DNA of 60,497 nucleotides, counting the filler, from Porpidia crustulata (Eukaryota): NCBI GenBank assembly GCA_964255105.1. It is 4 parts of 4 records of this genome, joined end to end, with 100 filler letters (N's around TTAATTAATTAA, not from the genome) between each part and the next. Parts side by side here need not be neighbours in the genome. Positions count along the whole stretch, not along the records: positions 45,474 to 60,497 come from CAXUWE010000342.1; 3 more parts are not named here. The stretch is one strand, 5' to 3'. Shown in pieces: positions 52,269 through 60,497 of the stretch. The notes beneath the pieces are model-generated. The model saw only the letters and a program-made list of their open reading frames with translations, had not been told where the DNA came from and ran no database searches. The position numbers and the translations under genes are program-made. Within the stretch, counting starts at the first letter, position 1, and each line of letters begins with the position of its first letter.

Positions 52269-53069
52269 GATGGCTTTTGCAGTCTTAGTCGATCAGGATA
52301 CACGCAATGATGAAGATATATGACGCTTAACCACGATTTTGATCATACCGTCGCTCGCTATGGCGGGCTTTCGTGACGACATGACCTACTGGTGTAGAGC
52401 ATGAAAGGGATAGCACACTGGATGGTGAAGCATAAATTGGGTAATAGCAACAATGAACTTCTTGGTCATCTTTATAAAAAGGGTGAGTCTTCTAGCTTTG
52501 ACCACTCGTAGAAGGGATTGAAACGCTCCTCAGCCCAGGAGAGTAAGCATATCTACACACGTGGATGTCTTTCAAGCCATGGTGTCGACTTCGGAAGTCC
52601 TGCACTTTGAGGCTCTTCATATTCATCAGGGTAACAGGCTGGTGGCTCAATCGTGCTCATTACTCCAGCAAACACGTCTACAAGGCCGCTAGATAACAGC
52701 TAGGCCTGGTTAGGGATGGTGTCCAACTCCGAGACTGCGTCACATTGGACAGCCTTCCCGGTCTAAAGTTCGCTCAGAACGCTCTTTCTACTCACCATCA
52801 ACTACCTTACCGAACGTAGACTTCCGCAATTCTACAGTTTTTTGGATGATATGTCTACTTGTGCAACAATATAACAGTCTTGCCCACCACCGCAGCCAGG
52901 GAGATCGTCTTCAAGCGTTATAAAGGGTCCAACGCGTAAATTCTGGTGGAACTGGGCTCTCACCCACTCTGTAACACTTACTTGACAATCCGTGCAAGAC
53001 AAAGATCTTCAGTCATCGATTTTGGCGCCTACTTCAAATCGACAGAAATACCATTTGACCTTCGCCAAT

Positions 53070-53697
53070 ATGGCTGCTCTACCCAAGAGAATAGTGAAAG
53101 AGACTGAGCGTCTAATGGCCGAGCCGTAAGTCTTTATTGAGCAGGATATTATGATAAAGTAGTGAACGCTGTTGCCCTGACTTGTGCTTTATTTGAATAG
53201 AGTCCCAGGTATCAGCGCGGTGCCCCACGAAGACAATCTGAGATACTTCGACGTGAAGATCCACGGGCCTTCTCAATCACCATATGAATGTGGGTTGTAC
53301 TCACACATCCATCAAAGACTAAGCTAATTCGAAACATAGCTGGCATTTTCAAGCTTGAACTATTCCTACCGGATGATTATCCTATGACTCCTCCAAAGAT
53401 CAGGTTTCTCACGAAGATTTACCACCCCAATATTGACAAGCTTGGCCGTATTTGTTTGGATGTGCTCAAAAGCAAGTACCACACTACGCGTCTCTTCCAT
53501 ACATAATACTTATTCTAGCAGGTAACTGGTCGCCAGCGCTACAAATACGTACGATACTTCTTTCAATACAAGCACTTCTAGGAGCTCCAAACCCAGACGA
53601 CCCACTAGCAAATGACGTCGCCCAGCGATGGAAAGAGGACGAACAGGCCGCCATACAGACTGCGCGAGAATGGACTCGGACATATGCAAAAGCCTGA
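53070..53697 (+). CDS. UBC13: Ubiquitin-conjugating enzyme E2 Ubc13
   Basis: [31 protein letters not shown] and [18 protein letters not shown]; 3 introns, the third GC-AG. Confidence 0.96.
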
Positions 53698-54706
53698 TAG
53701 AACTTTTGATTGGAAACGTGACTGCGATGGGCGCTATTGTAACGAAATGATGCTAATGATACACTCGGGGTCTTCAGGTAGATGAATGAGTTTTTCTCTT
53801 TGCACCAGCACTGTACCGTAGCCTTCCCCTACGCATTCCTTTGATGAATGAGTCCGTTTCGTTGATTCTATCCTCTACAACCGTTCTCCCTCACTCAAAA
53901 TATGATACCTGTCATTGTTGGGCGTTTGTGGAAACCATAATACCTTTGGAAAAGGAGATTCTCTGTCCTGTCGCAAGAGTAAGACTCAGCATCACCACAA
54001 TAACAACACCAAAGACTACAGTGCACAAGAAATACAGAAAGTATCCCCGCTTGAGATTATGCCCTTGATTACTTTTGTGAGAACCTAAAGGGGTTCGACG
54101 CCAAAAACGTCGTGTGTTACAGAGGGTCACTGCACCGGACGTAATTTCGGAGTATGATCAATACGTCCTCTTCACATCACGCGAAGGACAATCCAGGGGC
54201 GATGCTTCAAGTCACTGTGTAAGTCTTCTGTTCCGAAATTGAGTCAGATAATGTAAATCTTTCCTTCCGCCGTTCAGTCATCAAGAGTTCATTCAGCATA
54301 TAGGAGATGAGGGAAAATGGGATCCCAGTCTCTGGTTCAATGGGTATCCTCGAAATCGGATCACACCTGCTAACTTTGCAGAAACGCCAGTGAACATGAC
54401 GTACAAAGTTTAAGTGATCTCTAATAATATTCCAACACCATATCCGTGGAATGATATATTCCTTCATCATAACTCCTGTCAGAATATCATGTCTAACGCC
54501 GAGTGGCCCTTTAGCCTCACAACACCATCGATGCCCGAAGGTTCATTGAACCGAGCCGCTAGTAGCAAATAACGAACGTTTATTGGCCACCAGCTGGTGA
54601 GCTTGATGTTATGGCCCTTCATCACGTTGTGGCACGTGCTCGCACGACAGCTGTAGGCTCAACTGTTACAATTACGGTGATCTCAGTCATCGTCGTCATC
54701 ATTACG

Positions 54707-57653
54707 ATGACGGACCTCAGTACAGCTGCTGGTAAAGCAGTCGAGGAAGTTGATGATGTAGGAGCTCTACGTTACGTCGAATATGAAGATATTTAGGCTC
54801 ACATAATCTTGTGATTTAGGATGGCGTCGAAGACGAGCGCAAAACCAGCACTGTAGAATCGTCACCTACACCGGAAGCTCCGTCAACGCCAGGCAGTTTC
54901 GCCGACGTACAAGATCAGATCGAGAAGGTTTTGATCAGCGGTACGTCTTGAGGACCTATCATGCGTTCTTGTTTGAACTTAGGGGCTAACCCTTATCGAT
55001 AAAACCTAGAACGTGGACTATACGAGCTACCGCCTCGTCCACTTCTTTTGGACGGTGACTGGTCGCGTTACTCGCCTCCTGAGAAGCGGAACAAGAGTCT
55101 AAATCTTGTTCCTCAACCACTCTCGGTTTATCGGAGCAGGTCCGACGATCCTGTAACATTACACAATCAGGACACGAACCTCATATACCGAACCCGCGCT
55201 CGGAATACGTCCTCAAAGGACTCCGATGACTTAATCACTGCACCAAAAGCTGAAGCCGAACTTGAAACTCGCTGTACATATGATGAGAATGTAGGTTTTG
55301 CTCGGCAGTCTCATCTCGTACAATCTCGTGATCGCCTTCTATACAACAGTGACAGGAGAGAGCGACAGTTTTCTATGATGGAGATGCTCAACACCGGCCC
55401 CGCCGAAGAGATTGGAGCTAAATTTCTGGGCGGCGGCTCCAACATCAAGGTCAGTACTACACCGAAAAACGACAACCAAACGGTGAAGAAGGCAAAGTCG
55501 TTGGCTAGTCTACGACGTCGAGTATCACCGCTCTTGACTAGGTCATCCAATAAAAAAAAGACCAGAGAGGATCTCCTTCAATCAATGTCGTTTCCCCCGG
55601 CACTTCAAAAGGATCGCAGGATATTATCAAATCGTAGCAGCGGACCTACAGACGATAGTGAGACATATACTCCGACTCGGAAAGGTTTGCAGAAGGCAGC
55701 AGGGGTTTTTACTGTACGCAGTCCTGGATCAGATAGCACCACCCTATCCAGTCCTTCTGCCAGCTCTGGGTCTCAGAATCCTATTCTCCCTTCGAGTTCA
55801 TACAAAGCGTCTAGAAAAGCCCACAAATCGATCCACGACTCCAAACTTACGGAGGAGCAGCGGAAATTAGAAAAGCACGTCATTGATTCATTTGCACGCA
55901 GTCCTGGTTTACCGAAAGGTTGTCAACCGCGCAACTCACCTGATATGAGTACGCCGATCTCCATGCTTGAAAACCCAGCTGTGTACAAGGAGGATCATTG
56001 CAGAGTCAAATTGATGGATCAAGCTCACCTCCAAGATGTCTTTGGTCATAAACCGATCTACGACCCCTTCAACTCCTGCAGGAGTACAATGAATGCGAAT
56101 CGTGTGAGCCAGGTTGAGGAACAACGCAGGATTTCTCCATCAGCCCTAACATCTACTGGTCGTCGTTTCAGGGTGGCGCCGCTGGTAATACCGGTCGTTA
56201 AATCTCCCATACGCAATAACTTCGATGATGCATGGACACCAAGTTCCACGAGGTACGTGTCCAGACCACGCAAGTCAGATCCAGCTAGCTTAGATGAAAG
56301 CCATATCCATCCGGCGCTCCGACAAACTCAGGAATTTTGGGATGAGGAAGCTTTTCGTAAGATACCATATCAATCCATCAAGTGTTTAACGTCAGAAAGC
56401 TCGATTATTGGCAGTACTACAAAGTCTGCATCCGAATCTGCTGAAAACCTCAGTCGAGGTAAACACGACTGGATTCATTCTGGAATGTTCTCCCTGGCAG
56501 ATGTTGCTCGAAAGACTCCACAGAATTCAAATACTTCTGACACCACCGAAATTGCGATTTCAAAAGATAGGCAGAGCTGGGCCCAAAAATCCAATTATGG
56601 CGATCAGAACGATGGTGAGTGTGGCATCATGATCAGGTCTTGCGCAAATAAGGGCAATAGCTGGAGCAAAGAAAGGACCGCTGTTACAGACATTATGAAT
56701 AGTGATAAAGTCGATGATAAGCCGAACATCTTTCAAGAGAGAACTGGCAAAGAAGTTTTGATTAGCTCCTCCAACCAAGGAGTTTCCGCAGCCCGTCAAG
56801 TCAAATGCAAAATCGCCCAGAATATCAGAATGAACGCCACTGCATGCGAAGGGCAATGTAGTGCAGAGGCCAAGCAGGATCACCACCGGTGTAAGTTGAC
56901 AGGACTTGCGGATGTTCAGCAAGACATCGCTGAGACTGTTGATGACATACGCCAAATGGATGAGATTACTTATCGACAGCAAGTCGCTCGAAAGAAGAAG
57001 GCTATAGACATGGAGAATGCCGCTCGTAAACAGAAAGAGATTGAGGCCATTCAAGCGTTTAAAGTAAGCCTTCTTCTCGTCTTTGATCAACAGTACTAAA
57101 ATAAGTTTATCCAGATCGATCGGCTGCGCGAAAAGACTCGCTCGACGATAGTTCTTTACTCTTCAGATAATCTTCGGCCCGAGCACCCCAACCACCAGCG
57201 TAAATGGAACGCAAGGAACCTCCTGTGTACAACATGCCAAGAACCTTGTGCTATATGCCGAGCCCCTTGCTGTGCCAAGAACCAGGCCATGCGAGAGTGC
57301 ATAGTCGGCTATGATCTGAAGAAGCCCAATCCCAAGATTATTGAAGCAACGACGCTACTCGGTGAGATTGAGAAATGGGTTGGCAAGATTGGTGGCGATG
57401 AGCCGACGTTCATGAAGTGCACACAATGCTGTGCTACGGTGTGCCCCAACTGCTGCAGTATTTGCCCCTTGCCTTCGTGCCAAGATCGTGTGTGCAAGGT
57501 ATGTCTCACACATATGTGTAGGGCATGCATAAAGGGCTTATTATATTACAGAAATGTAATCCACTGGACCAATGGAAATGCTGTAACTACCACAGCAAGG
57601 ACGACATCCCATGCAATATCCCAACCTACCAACGACACGGCCATCAGGAGTAG
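54707..57653 (+). CDS. Large hypothetical protein: disordered N-terminal part, coiled coil and Cys-rich C-terminal domain
   Basis: In-frame splicing via introns 54758-54819, 54941-55009, 57064-57114 and 57499-57551. The start may be ATG 54611 or 54707. About 20 Cys in the C-terminal part. Confidence 0.75.
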
Positions 57654-58241
57654 ATGGTGCACAAGTAGCAGATACGATTGTCACTGTTGTTTGTGGGGCA
57701 GTTTATGGACTGGAATTGATGTGACGAACAATTGAAATATCACGAATGTAAGAGCGGGAAAATGTTAGCGTTCTTACAGCTGAGTCAGGGGGAAAACATT
57801 GCTTCAGCGACCCAGCCGACCGTCGATCTGTGCAGGATAGCAGAAGAAAGCCACAATAGCTTTAGCTTAGTAGATTCAATGCACAGGATAGGCTTGCTTC
57901 GAGAACGTTGCAAATGCCGTGACGCTTTCAAGTCATTCATGACACGATTCCTCCCCACAAACTGAGTGGATTATTCGCGTACTATTCAAGACTACTAATA
58001 TCATTATAGAGAAGTTCAATACAGATATCAACAACACGTAGATCTGAGACTACCAGGACATATGATTGTGTTAAAAAGGTACACTAAATTATCCGCGTAG
58101 AGCTTTAAGGGGACTTCAAGGGGACTCGCTTCACTGCCGTAACACGTGACCCACACTAGTCGCACCTTGTGAAAGCATCACAGAACAATTGGAGAACTTT
58201 ACAACGCCCAATATATCAGTTACACCTTCCAAGTATCCAGG

Positions 58242-59030
58242 ATGCGTACATACGAAGACACCTTTAGTGGTGATAAAATTTACCCTGGCAAGGTTTGTAT
58301 ACCGCGCGAACCTGACTTCCAAACTACCTTCCATGAACGCCTGTCGTATAACGATCGCCCGTCAGATAAAACTACCAAAAGAATCTTCATGCTGATACTC
58401 CCTGATGGTTTAGGGAAAACTATACGTCCGTGGTGATAGCAAGATCTTCCGCTTCCAGAATGGCAAAACCGAATCCCTCTTTCTGCAACGCAAGAACCCC
58501 CGCCGAATTGCATGGACCACGCTTTTCCGAAGGCAGCATAAGAAGGGCATTTCTGAGGTACAAAATATTAGTTTCAATGGGGCAGATGTGTTTGCGCGAC
58601 TGTTACGAAGCTACATTATCCATTGGACTAGATCCCATCCACGAACACTACTCCTCCCCTCTACTCAATCTCTGCTGCGTTACGGACTTCTTTAGGGGCC
58701 TCAAAATTATCGTTTCACTGACCATGCCCCTCTGCGTAGGAAATCGCTAAGAAACGAACCCGCCGCACCGTAAAGCAACAACGTGGAATCGTTGGCGCCT
58801 CCCTCGATATCATCAAAGAACGCCGCTCGCAGCGTCCTGAAGCCCGCGCCGCAGCCCGACAAGCCGCGATCAAAGAGGGCAAAGAAAAGAAGGCAACGGC
58901 AGAGAGCAAGAAGAAGCAGGAGAAGGCTAAGAGCGCGGCAGGAGCAGCGAGGGGCCAGCCGGGACGGATACAATCGAAGATGGGGGCAAAGGGAGCACCT
59001 ACCAAGGGTGGGGCAGCGAAGACGAGATAA
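58242..59030 (+). CDS. RPL24: 60S ribosomal protein L24
   Basis: MRTYEDTFSGDKIYPGKGKLYVRGDSKIFRFQNGKTESLFLQRKNPRRIAWT...KKRTRRTVKQQRGIVGASL; 2 introns. Confidence 0.96.
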
Positions 59031-59701
59031 AGGGATGTGTGAATCTTGGCGGAGGGCATTGCGGGATAGGCATCAGGAGTGTGCGTCCGATCGATATGAT
59101 GGTAACACAACTCGGTCTCAGATAACAGCTATGTATGCATCGTGCGAAACAGCTCGAATAACTTGAGGATCACTGTTTGAAGCAACCGCACCGTTGAATA
59201 ATGTAGTATATAAATGGGTTAGCGCCATGCTTATGAGTACGATTTGCGCGGGCCAATCCTACACACAACAAACCCGTTTGACGACCATTTCTTGATAATC
59301 CTTCCGTGACCACCATCATCAGATTGTTTTCACATCTCTTCTCATGAGATAAACCTGCCGAAAGGGTGAGTGTGCGTGCAGGGCACTTCATCGACGGACT
59401 TAGCAAGGACTAGTTGATATCAAGTCCGATGTATGATTTCCCGGATCTCTCTCGACGTCCGCACAATTCAAAAATCCAGAGTTACTATTGCAGGGCACTT
59501 TCGGATTTAAGAAAGAGACATTGTTTGTCAGGACATTCGTAGTAAGTGCTTATTGTGCAGTTGAAAAGCGCTTAATCATAGCCTCCAACCTCGTGGAGCA
59601 AGTCAAACGGTGTCTCACAACTATAAAAGTGACCATCTCGCAGTCATTCATTTCTTATCTTCTCTTCCAATTTTACTTAAGAGGGAAAATAGTTCATTGT
59701 G

Positions 59702-60497
59702 ATGGGACCTCTACCTATTTCAAATGGCAAGATCATCCTTGTCTCTGGTATAAATGGATAGTATGGAGACCTGAAGCCTCTCCGTGAGCTCACTTTGCTG
59801 ACAACCACGAGCATTGCGTCAAGAATCGGCCTAGATCTCCTAGAAAAAGGCTACACTGTTCGAGGAACATCGAGAGCCAAGCACAGTGCGGATGCTCTCA
59901 TCAATGGCGCGTACAAGCAATACGCAGACCGCGTTCAGATGTACTCTGTCCCAGTCATGACCGATACCGGCGCTTTCGACGAAGCAGTCAAAGGTCTTGT
60001 CCTCTCCAATCCACACCTTCAAAAGTCACCTAATACTGCTTGCAGGCACTACTGCGATCATTCATACAGCTTCCCCTATCAATTTCGAGATCAAAACCTG
60101 GGATGATATGGTCGTCCCCGCAGTCAACGGCGCCCTCAGCATCCTTGCTTCGGCCCACAAGCATGCAGGCCCTCAGCTCGAATCATTTGTCATAACTTCT
60201 TCGTTCGCCGCCGTATCCGACCCGTCAAAACGACCATACACCTTTACCGCGGCGGACTGGAATACATGGGCCGAGAAGGAATGCAAAAGACTAGGCGACG
60301 AAGCTCCCGGCAGGATCCTATACCCCGCCTCCAAAGCCACCGCCGAGCGCGCCATCTGGAACTTCCGCGACGAGCACAAGGTCCTCCCCTTCATATCCTC
60401 ACCGTCTCCCCCGTTGCCGACTCCAGCTGACCCCAAACCCAGCCACTCTTCGCGATAACTTCCATCAACCCAGCCGTCGTCACCGGGCCCCCCATCC
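59702..60497 (+). CDS. NAD(P)-dependent epimerase/dehydratase family reductase (aldehyde reductase II/Gre2-like), 3' truncated
   Basis: ILVSGINGYIAS Rossmann motif after splicing, IIHTASP, VITSSFAAV and catalytic YPASK. Confidence 0.9.

Noticed and set aside
53912..54470. Minus-strand short ORFs, one with a hydrophobic TM-like stretch
   Set aside because: No consistent start or splice model and no recognisable motif.

Overview
Eukaryotic, intron-rich fungal DNA from a filamentous ascomycete; a lichen-forming Lecanoromycete-like origin is a guess. The window is not one locus. It is four ~15 kb contigs (15090, 15051, 15032 and 15024 bp, in descending length) joined by artificial 100-nt N44-TTAATTAATTAA-N44 spacers, so adjacency across the spacers is meaningless. 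Contigs 3 and 4 are mostly housekeeping: hybrid histidine kinase, RPL36, UBX/TUG-like protein, ARC40, enolase, eIF3j, MTC5/SEA3, UBC13, RPL24 and an NAD-dependent reductase. They also hold a SnoaL-like gene missed by the ORF track, a large Cys-rich orphan and two copies of a TA-flanked MITE. Contig 2 has PRP24, a DHA1 MFS transporter, an AT-hook-like orphan, a transition-riddled pseudogene, an F-box remnant and a secreted bulb-type lectin. Contig 1 has no recognisable core genes. It carries a repeat-motif disordered protein, a 7-bladed PLL-type lectin, an APH-like kinase with a damaged 5' end, a candidate 20-aa Cys micropeptide and a foldback element with telomere repeats in its loop. It also has two tandem paralogous genes sharing three copies of a domain I do not recognise (C-x4-C-x5/6-H...FGxSNPP...F-x2-[HY]H), which is the best novelty candidate. 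A recurring C-rich to G-rich strand-skew switch runs through the window. All calls are by eye; no database searches were run.
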